From the NCBI GenBank assembly GCA_951804945.1, contig OX638156.1, positions 44,702,001-44,766,000 on the forward strand: DNA of 64,000 bases. Reading direction: 5' to 3'. The notes below the pieces were generated by a model. It made no database searches and was not told the origin of the DNA. It was given only the letters and a program-made list of their open reading frames with translations. Below, one piece after another: positions 1 to 10,420 of the stretch (position 1 is the stretch's first letter; each line of letters starts with the position of its first letter). Position numbers and translations under genes: made by a program. The stretch is from Podarcis cretensis (taxonomy: Eukaryota).

Positions 1-225
1 ATATTATTATAAATACCTACACTGCTGTAGACCTTTGAATGAGGTTAGTGTCCGATTGTACATAGTTGTAAAATAGCAAACAGGCCTAAACAAATAGAAG
101 AGAAACAATGACTATAATTCAGTATTTTAAAACTGAAGTTCTTCAGAAAATTTTCATCTCTGCCAGATCACTGTGAATTAATGTGCAAGCCTCACTGTTG
201 AGACATACTCATGTAAACTCTAATA

Positions 226-451
226 CAGTGGTACCTCGGGTTAAGTACTTAATTCGTTCCAGAGGTCCGTTCTTAACCCGAAACTGTTCTTAACCTGAAG
301 CACCACTTTAGCTAATGGGGCCTCCCGCTGCTGCTGTGCCGCCAGAGCACAATTTCTGTTCTCATCCTGAAGCAAAATTCTTAACCCAAGGTACTATTTC
401 TCGGTTAGCAGAGTCTGTAACCTGAAGCGTATGTAACCCGAGGTACCACTG
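226..451. mobile_element. Tc1/mariner (Tigger/pogo-like) MITE, 226 bp
   Basis: TIRs CAGTGGTACCTCGGGTTA / TAACCCGAGGTACCACTG, TA on both sides (224-225, 452-453). A close copy in the opposite orientation lies at 41816-42041. Confidence 0.9.
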
Positions 452-1240
452 TACAGCAGTACTGTGGTATTTCTTTTTCTGCTATCCCAATTTACTACTG
501 CACCTCACTTGAACATACAACACAAAGTGTTTAAAAATACTGGAAAGAACATACTTGGCTACCTGTGTGTAGTGATTGCAACCCAAAACCCATCATGTAG
601 AGCCTAGTTTCACAAAATGAAACGACCACAGAGAACTACAGGAGTGAGTTATAGAAGGCTGTTCTTCCTAATTCAACAGTGTCAGGTACATAATGCACCC
701 TTTATGGCTAAAAGTTTATTTTAAATGCATATCAAGAAGATGGAGAGCTAGAAAGCAAATGCAAAATGGTATGTGGGGTTCAGTTATAAATTAATACCGG
801 CAGGCTAAACTGCCTTCATGAAAAGAATATGAATCTTAAAACCCATTGCTGCTACAGAACAGATAAAAAGGTATGAAGGTATATAAGCATTTGCTGTGAA
901 GCACATACTTCCTCAAAATATGACAATAACACTAGTAAAATACAAGTTGAAAACTAAAGAAAATGTTGTTGTAACATGCTAATCCATAATCAATATGAAT
1001 CTGTCTCATACTAGGTCATACAGTTGGTCTGTTTAGTACTGTTTGTTCTGACTGGCAGCAGATTATCCTGAGTCTGTAGCAGAGAGAAGTTTTTTTTCCA
1101 TCACCTGCTTTCTGATTCTTTTTAAGTGGAGATGTCAGGTATTGAATATAGTGGTCCCTTCTGTGTGCAAACAGTTGCTCTGCCATGGAGCAAGCCTGGC
1201 TCTTAGTCATACATGCATAAAGCAACACAATTGACATCAT

Positions 1241-1460
1241 GAGAATCTATGTGGTATAGTGCCTAGAAAGTTGGACAATGATTGGGCAGACGCAGGTTCA
1301 CATACCCAGTCATGAAGTTCACCTGGTGTACTTGGGTTAGTCCATCACTGTCACCCTAACTGACCTCACAGGTTTGTTGTGAGGGAGATATTAAAATGGG
1401 GACTATTAAGTGCCACCCTGAAAATCTCAATTAAAAGGCAAGAAAAAATGTAATATATAA
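1241..1460 (+). mobile_element. Old tRNA-derived MIR/CORE-like SINE
   Basis: tRNA-like head (GTGGTATAGTG...GCAGGTTCACATACCC) and core-like ACCTCACAGGTTTGTTGTGAGG. Degenerate; boundaries approximate. Confidence 0.6.
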
Positions 1461-2528
1461 ACTAACAATGAAGAACAGGTGCTTGCTTGCACAAATGTAT
1501 GTGATATCTGCCCCGTGGAGGGATTTGGGGCACTAAAAAGTGCACCCCAGATATATTTCCTGATCTGGACCATGACTAGCATCCACTACGGACATACTGA
1601 GGAGCAAGGTTTTGCAGGTGAATGATGTCTAGTTGCATTTGCTTAGGAAAAGCCACCAAAGTTGAACATTCAGTCATATTCTCTTGAAAAACTAATGTTG
1701 CTTTTGTTTGCTATGATAAGTACTATCCTGCAGTTGCAGTTGATAAGGTATAGAAATGTGTAGCACATCAAGTGTATTTCATGTTGTCAGATTCCCCCCC
1801 CCTCTTTTCCTGAAAGAAACATGGTTATAACCACAGTTAATTCTGAATGGTAGTGTTCATTATCCAATTGTAGGAAAGATTAGTTAACAAGCTACAAAAA
1901 TGAACACGTTACTAAATCGTTGGCATAAGGAGAAAAAACAGCTGGATCGTTAAAAAGCCTCGCAATTAGAGTGATGAAATACATTCCAGCTGAGTTCATT
2001 TCATAAACTCACAAAATTCTAAAGAAAAAAGTATTGGTAACAGGGAAAAAATAGCATCTCTCATTACCTGCATGTTTACAAGCAATTTCTGCATTCCTAA
2101 ACGTTCATGCTGAGCTTCCACACTTTGGTGAAAAGTTCAAAGTTCACATTTGGTCCAATCAACAGGCAAATAATCTAGGCTCTTTATGCCCCCAAGACTA
2201 AGGCAGTTATTAGATGAAGGGACATCATCATATATGAAATGCCCTGGCGGGCAAATTCTACTACAATGCATTTTTTCCATGAAGGAATGCCCATGAAAAT
2301 TTTACACCAGAACTGTAATATTTATCTGAAATTTCAGTAGGCATTGGAACAGATTTTTACTCAATACTTTACTTCTTGTGAAATCTACAGTGATTTTTTT
2401 GGCATTCTACTTCAATTTAACGTGCTTTCCGCAAAAAGGGAAGTGTAATTTCCTAATCTGCCTAAAATTCAACACAGATATATCACCTCATCTCAGCCTT
2501 TTGTAATTTATCTGAACTAGTCCACACT

Positions 2529-2636
2529 AGTCCTGATAGTCTGCTATAAACAGATTAGAGGGAATACAAATACTTTAACCTCATAAACAAAGTGTTTGTA
2601 TTTCCTCTAATCTGTTAATAGCAGACTATTAGGACT
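2529..2636. repeat. 48-bp inverted repeat (hairpin) with 12-nt loop
   Basis: Arms 2529-2576 and 2589-2636 are reverse-complementary at 44 of 48 positions. Confidence 0.9.
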
Positions 2637-3141
2637 CTCCATCAGAGAAGATTAAGGACCATTTTACAAGAAAAAAATTAGCAATCTCCAGGAATTCTGA
2701 ACAGCTTGTCATTACTGATACTCTGCGTAAACATTTGTTTTTCACAAGAAATGTAATGAAGGAATTTCAATTTCTTAGAAATTTGCATGGTTATTGTGTC
2801 CACACACAGCCCATATTTAAGTTCTCAACTTCACATCATTATGCAGTTTAGGGCAGATTAAAATAAACAATTACAAACTTGATAGAAGTAGGCACTGGCC
2901 TGGTTCACACATCACTTTAACCAGGGGTGAGGGAACTTTCAGCTCAGTGGACCATATTTTTATCTCTTCTACTTCCGTGGCCCAACTTTAAAAGGTGCTG
3001 GGACTACTCAGCTTCAGTCATCTGATGCCATAATGATTGACAATGGGTTCTGAGCTGCATTTCCCAAACAACTAACAATCAAAACAAAATAAAAAAAATT
3101 CCTTCCAGTAGCACCTTAAAGACCAACTAAGTTAGTTCTTG

Positions 3142-3179
3142 GTATGAGCTTTCGTGTGCATGCACACTTCTTCAGATAC
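3142..3179 (-). ncRNA. Minimal type I hammerhead ribozyme (minus-strand copy)
   Basis: Exact reverse complement of 3416-3453. Confidence 0.8.
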
Positions 3180-3415
3180 ACTGAAACAGAAGTCACCAGA
3201 CCCTTCTATATAGTGAGAAGGTGGGGAGGGGTATTACTCAGAAGGGTGGTGGGATTGGGTGATTGGCAGATAGCTGTGATGAGCCTGTTGACGACTCTTA
3301 ACGACTGCAATAGGTTTTTAGCTATCTGCCAATCACCCAATCCCACCACCCTTCTGAGTAATACCCCTCCCCACCTTCTCACTATATAGAAGGGTCTGGT
3401 GACTTCTGTTTCAGT

Positions 3416-3453
3416 GTATCTGAAGAAGTGTGCATGCACACGAAAGCTCATAC
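3416..3453 (+). ncRNA. Minimal type I hammerhead ribozyme
   Basis: GUAU-CUGAAGA-A-GUGUG-CAUG-CACAC-GAAA-GC-UC-AUAC. It has the CUGANGA and GAAA core, stem I GUAU/AUAC, stem II GUGUG/CACAC and palindromic AGCU in place of stem III. Predicted cleavage is after C3449. Confidence 0.8.
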
Positions 3454-4369
3454 CAAGAACTAACTTAGTTGGTCTTTAAGGTGCTACTGGAAGGAATTTT
3501 TTTATTTTGTTTTGACTATGGCAGACCAACACGGCTACCTGTCTGTAACTGGAACTAACAATCAGCCAGCTGTTGGGCCCCTGGGAGGTGCTGCACAAGC
3601 AGCTTTGTAAGCACTGCCAATTGGCAATACCTGCAAAGCCTGCTTTTCCCAACCCCACCTTTACCTACCCCCCACCTGATGTTATATATGCTATTAGTTG
3701 TAGGGCAGGTGGGTGTGGCTTGGTCAAAACAGCCTCCCAGTCTGAATGAGGAAGCCTGTGAGGTCAAATTAGTCCTACAGGCTGAAGGTGGTTCCCCACC
3801 CCTGATTTAAACCATAGTTAAACTACACTATTGTTTGAAGTGTGCTGGCACATGTGGCTAAAATCATTGGCACTTTGCTCCTCTGCTGTGCTGCCAAGAT
3901 ATAAGCCATGGTTTAGCTGACCCTGGCTCAAAGTTTGTTTCTTCTCTTTGCAGTGAAACAAATGACAGGACTGGGTTGGGATGCAACTCTTACAAAATTC
4001 TCTCTAACACCAATTACTACAGAAAATAAAACTGTGTTTTACACAGTTACATGTCTATCTTGTCAACACAACAGAAAGATTATTGTTTCATTGGCATACT
4101 TCTCCACATCACCATATATAATGTGGGGCATTTTCATACGGAAAAAAATGAGTAAGAGAGGACATAATAGTAATGTATATAATTTTGAATGGGGTAGAAG
4201 AATAGGATAGAGTGTTTTTCACCCTCTCTTCAGCATGTTTTAAACCCCATGGTGAGCTACATAGGCTTTAGTCTCAAGCATTGTTGTCAACTACTATTTT
4301 GTATGATCACAAAAGGGGCAACAGAAAACATCATGTCTCTTTCTCATTCCCCTCTTATACCCTCTAGCT

Positions 4370-4489
4370 CAGGGGTAGCCAATATGATGCCCTCCACATG
4401 TTGGACTACCATAATACTGACCATTGTCCATACTAGGAAAGGCTAAAGGGAGCTGGTCCAATAACATATGGAATATTGGCTTACTTCTG
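4370..4489. mobile_element. Old hAT MITE
   Basis: Termini CAGGGGTAGCCAA / TTGGCTTACTTCTG. 8-bp TSD CTCTAGCT / CTCCAGCT. Confidence 0.65.
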
Positions 4490-5136
4490 CTCCAGCTTTT
4501 CCAGATCACCAGCTGCACCTGGTACTTATCTTATCCCTTGATGTTCTCTCAATACAGTTACTAGTTTTAGATGACAACTGTTCTAGAGGATGTGGTCTGG
4601 TTCTGGCTAAAACACCTGTGCAATATTCAATTGGGTTCACATCACACAGCTTCCCATTCAGCTTATACACCAAATGAGGAACCTTTATCAGTATCAATTC
4701 TATATCTTCCTTCTAAAGCAGCTGAAGGAATCAATTTCAACTGAGCTTTACTAAAGGCAATCCTACGTCTCAATTTCTGCAAGTCTTCTAAATAGCAAGG
4801 GAGAACAAGGGTAATTCTTATACAATTGTGCTGCTTTAGGAACCAATATAGTTGCTGCTATAGGGATACAGCTAACATTATGCTTGAAAAGCGTTTTATT
4901 GAGCTCCATTCCAAACTCTTTATTTATAGTTCAGAAAAGCCTGATTTCTTCACTAAGAATGAAGTAAACCCCTTCTGAGAATGATTCTTCATTTCCTCAA
5001 ATGCCATAAATATTTCCAGGTTGGCTTACAAATAACCATAAAAATACAAGAGATGTCCACAATAAAATCAACGTATCAGGTAGAAACATGGAAGAAGGAC
5101 CTAATTTATATTTGAATTAGGTAGAATTATTTAACA

Positions 5137-5203
5137 CAGGCATCCCCAAACTTGGCCCTCCAGATGTTTTGGGACTACAATTCCCATCATCCCTGACCAT
5201 GGT
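5137..5203. mobile_element. Half of a palindromic hAT MITE
   Basis: CAGGCAT...GGCCCTCCAGATGTTTTGGGACTACAATTCCCATCATCCCTGACCA matches one arm of 13818-13953. Confidence 0.75.
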
Positions 5204-6851
5204 CCCAACAGTTCCTAAGGACAGATTCATAAAATCATAAACAACCTATTTGCATTGTGACTGTCTTATCATTTGAGCGGTTTCTTCTGACTCAGAGCTA
5301 ATACAGGTGTGTGAAGGACAGTGTGAAGAGAGAAAAGAACCAACACCATGTATTAGCTTTCTGCCTGGTGTACTAGTTGTTGCTGTGGGAGGCTTTACAG
5401 TATTAGACAGCTTTCCTTAAATATCAGAATGATCCTGTATAGAAATAAAAAGAAAAAGGAAGAGCCAGCATGCCATAAAGGACTCTAACCTAGCCTTTCC
5501 ATTCCATGTTAGCTTTCTACAAGGAGGGAACAAATTCACATTGGAGCAGCAATCATGCTAGTCCCCTCCTGCAATCCGATATAGTACAGCCAAGACCTCA
5601 GGGACTCTCCTGAGCCTGCCCCCAATGCCACTCCATCATATTTAGTTGCCTTGAAGACACACTAATTAAGGCAGGCTTTGCCAGCCTGAACCTCTCCACT
5701 ACAAGTCCCATAATTCAGGACTTCTGGAGAGCACCAGGTTGAGTTAAGAATTCCCACTATTTAGAGTGGGAAAGTCACCTAAATGGACTTTATAAAATAT
5801 AGGATGGTGGGGCTAGAATAAATATCTAATCTAGATAAGTACTATACATTGTGTCACACACACCTTCTATATAACCATGTCAGCACCATCCCAAATCATG
5901 TCCAGTAGTCTACCTGAAGTAGTTAAAATGCAGGTTTGGGGTCAGTTCTCCCTGTCTCTTTAATGTAACTGTAGTATGTAAATACACTGGTGTTATTTCC
6001 TTCAAACATGCACAGACTGGCTTTTTCAAAGCTATGAGGAGGGAAAGTTGTGGAAATATTTGTTTTCCTGAGCAGGACTCCTCTTTGTTTCCCTTTTTTC
6101 TGTGTAAAGATTACTCCATGAGCCACAAAGATCTAATCAAAACACTGGCAGACACCAACCTTGGGATCCTTAGTGGGGGTAAAATAATTACTATAAAAGG
6201 AAATATTAAAAGGGGGGCACCAGCTTGGAGTGTCAATGAACATTTATGCATTAAGCAGCCGCTGTAAAATATTTAATGTTTAAATGAATGTTTTATGTTT
6301 ACCATAAAAAACCCTCCAGCCATGAAGGGCTTTTAAATGTTACATATAAAATGTAAGCAAAACCAAACAGAAAGCAAAGGACACTTGAGGGGGCAAGGTT
6401 CACAACATTACACAGTGTTTGGTTTCTTTAAAAAATCAAATGGGTGTGTTTGTTTTTAATTGTTTACTTCACATTTATGAATTAACCAGAAGCCTCTAAT
6501 TAATCAGAAGCTGTCATGGCTAGAACTGGGGACAGAAAGATTTGTATGTTGCTCTTGCTCCTGCTGCCCTATGTGGTGAACCACCAAGTGAGTTCCCCTT
6601 GATATGTTCCCCCACTCTTTGGAAAGGAAAATGCAGTAGCACAAATGGGGAGGGGCGCACACTGGCAATTGAAGCACAGGGCATGATATGGAAAGCCCTC
6701 TACCACCTGCTGTCCTTTCTGGGGGAAGAAAAGCTGGAGTGGCAAATAGCTCATTTTCAGGTTGAAATATATGAATTGGCACTTTGAAACCAAGCTGTGT
6801 GGGGATAGGCTATATTAACGTTCCAAGTTGCATACTTCAGGCCTCTTGGGA

Positions 6852-7031
6852 AAGGGGCAAGCCCATTGGCAGAGCATCTTCTTTGCATGCAGAAGATCCC
6901 ACCATCTCCTGGTAGCACTAGGAATGTCTCCAGTATGAAAGCCTGGAGAGCCACTGCCAATCAACATAGAAAATACAGAGCTAGTTAGACAAATGGTCTA
7001 ACTTTGGTATGATGCAGCTTGCTAGGTTCCT
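6852..7031 (+). mobile_element. Old squamate tRNA-derived SINE with CR1-like 3' end
   Basis: GGCAGAGCATCTTCTTTGCATGCAGAAGATCCC head and GAGCTAG..GACAAATGGTCTAACT tail. Similar to 8448-8638 and 55657-55842. Confidence 0.6.
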
Positions 7032-8015
7032 GGATCAAATTAAGCCCCACAGAAGTCAGCCAATTCCACAGAGGAGAAAGCAAATACAAAGTCATCTATG
7101 TGGTTTTTCGGAATGCATCCCATAGATCAAATGATTGTGTAAATGTCTGACAAAACAATTACTACCCCCAAACTACAAATATAACCTTTTTGGCCAAAAC
7201 AAAGAGGATACGGAGAATACCAAAGGAAGTTGCTTTATCTATCACTCATTAAAATGCTTATCAGCCACTAAGGAGTTTTGAAATCCACCCCCACTAATCT
7301 CAAAATGTACTCTTTTTATAAACCTTAGAGCAAACCAAATTAAAAACAGATAACTCAAAACGAAGAAACCGAGTTATCCTTGCTTTTTTTTACTTCACAT
7401 ACACACATACATATAGAGTGAACTTTCATGGGTCTGATTGCATGCAAATGTTTCAGAGTGATGTGGTTTCTTCAGAATTTGATGAAAAAAGCCTCACTTG
7501 ATTCCAATACAGATGGGGAAGGAAAGCCAAATTTCACTGCAAAGCACTACACTATATAAACTTACTGGCAACAGAAAAAGTATCTGCAAACATTAACACT
7601 CTGCCTATCTTATACATTTAATCCCTGTTAATATAAGTTGCAAAAACACAATGCAGAAACAATGTGTTGCATGCATGCAGAGGAATTCACACAAATTTGG
7701 GGCCAGCTGTCAGCTACGTGAGGCACCAACCCATCTATGCTGCCACTTACGGTCCCCTGATATTTGTTTCAGCAATGGTCTGATAGCAGTGCTGCTAAAC
7801 CATCACCCAAGGGCCTAGTGAGCAGTGGTATGTAGTGGAGGGTGGGGGAGAGAGAGCATTAAAGGGAAGAATGTGTGCTGGGCACCAGGCATCAGCAGCA
7901 AGGACTCCTTGAGTCTGGTGCTGGCTGTGGCTTCTCTCATAAAAGGGAAGCATTTGCTGGAACTGCCATACTCACCACCTTTCATGGAATAGGCATTAGC
8001 TTAGAAGTGCCCATA

Positions 8016-8378
8016 GGGACGTGGGTGGGACTGTGGTCCAAACCACTGAGTCTAGGGCTTGCCGATCGGAAGGTCGGCGGTTCGAATCTCCATGACAGAG
8101 TGAGCTCCCGTTGCTCGGTCCCTGCTCCTGCCAACCTAGCAGTTCGAAAGCACATCAAAGTGCAAGTAGATAAATAGATACCTCTCCAGCGGGAAGGTAA
8201 ATGGCCTTTCCATGCGCTGCTCTGGTTTCACCAGAAGTGGCTTAGTCATGCTGCCCACATGACCCGGAAAAACTGTCTGCGGACAAATGTCAGCTCCTTT
8301 GGACAGTAAAGCGAGATGAGTGCCGCAACCCCAGAGTCGTTCGCTACTGGACTTAACTGTCAGGGGTCCTTTACAGTT
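8016..8378 (+). mobile_element. Sauria SINE, full length
   Basis: GGGACG head, B box GGTTCGAATC, diagnostic CCTGCCAACCTAGCAGTTCGAAAGCA, CCTTTAC tail. 15-bp TSD TTAGAAGTGCCCATA at 8001-8015 and 8379-8393. Confidence 0.93.
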
Positions 8379-8447
8379 TTAGAAGTGCCCATAAGATTTC
8401 CACAACCATATTCCATGCAACAATGACAATATTTGGTGTCAGTGGTG

Positions 8448-8638
8448 AAGGGCTGTGGGTCAGTTTTGGAACACGTGCTTTGCATGTAAAAGGTGCATAA
8501 TTAAGTTCTTGGTGTATGGAGGTAGGGCTGGGAAAGATCCCTACCTGAAACCCCGGAGAGGGGCTGCCAGTCCTTGTCAATGATACTGTGCTAAATGGAC
8601 CAATGCCCTAATTTGGTATAAGGCATCTTCCTTTGTTC
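8448..8638 (+). mobile_element. Old squamate tRNA-derived SINE
   Basis: GGTAGGGCTGGGAAAGA..CCTGAAACCCCGGAGAG..CTGCCAGTC and ATGGACCAATG motifs are shared with 6852 and 55657. Confidence 0.6.
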
Positions 8639-9234
8639 CAGCACCTGACACTCAGGGCCTAAGTGTTTTTCCAGGGCCCACGGCTGATGTGAGCACCCTG
8701 ACAGCCAGCCCCTAGCCATTTTTTCCCTGGTCTGGCACTGAAAGCATTACCAGGAAGCTGGATCTAATTACCCTTTTGATTTCCTACAATGTCCCTGACC
8801 TAATGTCACTCTAATGCATTGTGGGAAATTAAAATGGGGGTTACCCCAACCTCACTGCATTGCTTCAAGTGCTGCCACTACTGCCAGGGTCCACTTACAG
8901 AGTTGGGGAACGAGCAGAGAACTCTTTGCCCAAGGCCCCTTTCAGACCTCAAGCCAATCAGGATCCACATTGAAGCGGGCAGAAATCCAGCAGTAATGGG
9001 GCCAAATGAATATCCATACCTAATTTTAGCATTTGTATTAAGTGAAAACTACCACATGCATTGAAGGTACACTAACTGAAGTTCAAAGTATTATTTTTAA
9101 AACTTTATTCCTTATTTCGCCCTGCAGACAGGTATGTTTCAACTTGAACCTGCCTAATATATCTGATGCTGGGTTAGCTGTGGTTAATATGTTTCTGTTA
9201 TCTAATAGATGTTGCACCCAAGAATGGGAAAAAG

Positions 9235-9365
9235 CTGTGCCAGTTACCATCCAAATCTCTCTAATTAGTGTTGACAGTAAAATATTAGCCAAGGTATTAA
9301 CTACAAGATAAGAGGCAGCACTCCTGGGGTTTACAGAACCCATTCAAGAAAGATTTGTTGTAAAA
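9235..9365 (+). pseudogene. Degenerate L1/Tx1-clade reverse transcriptase fragment
   Basis: Translates ISLISVDSKILAKVLTTR*EAALLGFTEPIQERFV, resembling the L1 RT motif RPISLLNxDxKILAKxLAxRL...IHxDQxGF. Contains an in-frame stop. Confidence 0.65.
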
Positions 9366-9752
9366 AAGAAAAAGAAAAAATCTCCACTTTAAAATTGCCA
9401 AGCAACTGCAACTTTTTATTTAAAACAAAACACACTACAAAACACCCAACACCCAATGGTAGAAAGTGGGATAACCCATTCCATAACTGTTTTGGTGGTA
9501 GGCTTCACTGACATTTTCATAGTAGAGTCTGGAGTGGAACTTACGGTATGTCCTGAATATTCAGGGACATGCACCTGTAAGCCACAATTCCCTGAAACTC
9601 CCCAATTGGTATTTATAATTACCAACTTAACTGGATTGTCGAGAGACCACACAAGATTGTAACTACTACTAACTAGGTTATTATTTTACTTAAAAATAAA
9701 TTTTATACCTAAGAGGAATGTGTGGGAGAGTTTGCTTATCAGTCACCAGTGT

Positions 9753-10005
9753 GAGAGCCAGTGTGGTATAGTGGTTAAGAGCGGTAGTCTCATAATCTGG
9801 GGAACCGGGTTTGCGTCTCCACTCCTCCACATGCAGCTGCTGGGTGACCTTGGGCCAGTCACACTTCTCTGAAGTCTCTCAGCCCCACTCACCTCACAGA
9901 GTGTTTGTTGTGGGGGAGGAAGGGAAAGGAGAATGTTAGCCGCTTTGAGACTCCTTAAAGGGAGTGAAAGGCGGGATATCAAATCCAAACGCTGCTTCTT
10001 CTTCT
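9753..10005 (+). mobile_element. Squam3-like tRNA-derived SINE, full length
   Basis: GAGCCAGTGTGGTATAGTGGTTAAGAGC head, GGGTGACCTTGGGCCAGTCAC body, (CTT)n tail. 10-bp TSD TCACCAGTGT at 9743-9752 and 10006-10015. Confidence 0.85.
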
Positions 10006-10084
10006 TCACCAGTGTATTTCTTGAAAACTAATGAAATTATTCACAACTAAAACAAAACAAGGTGGCAGGCTAATGGTCACCTTC

Positions 10085-10420
10085 AGGGGCACCAAATTGT
10101 CCCCTACATGTCATGTGATGCCCCCTGGTGTGTGCTGGGCAGGGCGCGCTGAGGGCAATCTCCATGCTTGCTCATCCCAGCCACAGCTTGGCAGCCCAGG
10201 AGCTGGGCTGTGGCTGGGATGAACAAGCATGGAGATCACCCTCCATGTTTGTCCCAGCAGCCACCTGGCTCCTGGGTTGTTGGGCGCGAGGCTGGGGCAC
10301 ATGGAGGTCTCCCGGCAGCAGCCGGGGGAGACAGCCCCCTCAATATTGGGTTGGGGGTTTCTGCTGCCTCCTGCCAAAAAATACTGGGAGAGCTGAAGCC
10401 CCCTCCGCCTGGTCACCCTG
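10085..10420. mobile_element. Probable GC-rich non-autonomous DNA transposon with internal 30-bp inverted repeat
   Basis: Arms 10158-10187 and 10207-10236 (1 mismatch). Ends in TGGTCACCCTG; left terminus not resolved. Confidence 0.45.

Larger units (their letters stand above)
3081..3552. mobile_element. Penelope-like (Neptune-type) retroelement fragment: two inverted pseudo-LTR ends
   Basis: Inverted arms 3079-3275 and 3320-3515 with a 44-nt spacer. The 3' sequence TTGGTCTTTAAGGTGCTAC...ACCAACACGGCTAC is typical of reptile Neptune ends. TSD AACTAACAATC at 3070-3080 and 3553-3563. Confidence 0.88.
2922..3804. mobile_element. hAT (Charlie-like) non-autonomous element interrupted by the Penelope insertion
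   Basis: Termini CAGGGGTGAGGGAAC / GTTCCCCACCCCTG. Imperfect 8-bp flanks ACTTTAAC / ATTTAAAC. Confidence 0.6.

Noticed and set aside
2068-2175. Minus-strand exon candidate ending CAG|GTAATG
   Set aside because: Weak acceptor, a stop in the best-looking frame, and an unrecognised peptide.
3144-3451. Pair of near-identical 81-aa ORFs on opposite strands
   Set aside because: A by-product of the Penelope palindrome. Both read antisense through the ribozyme and have no protein features.
7787-8740. Possible large hAT element enclosing two SINEs (CAGTGC...GCACTG)
   Set aside because: Only 6 bp of terminal match and no TSD; cannot be supported.
9416-9662. Overlapping 68-78 aa ORFs as an exon
   Set aside because: No recognisable domain or splice context; adjacent to a decayed L1-type fragment.
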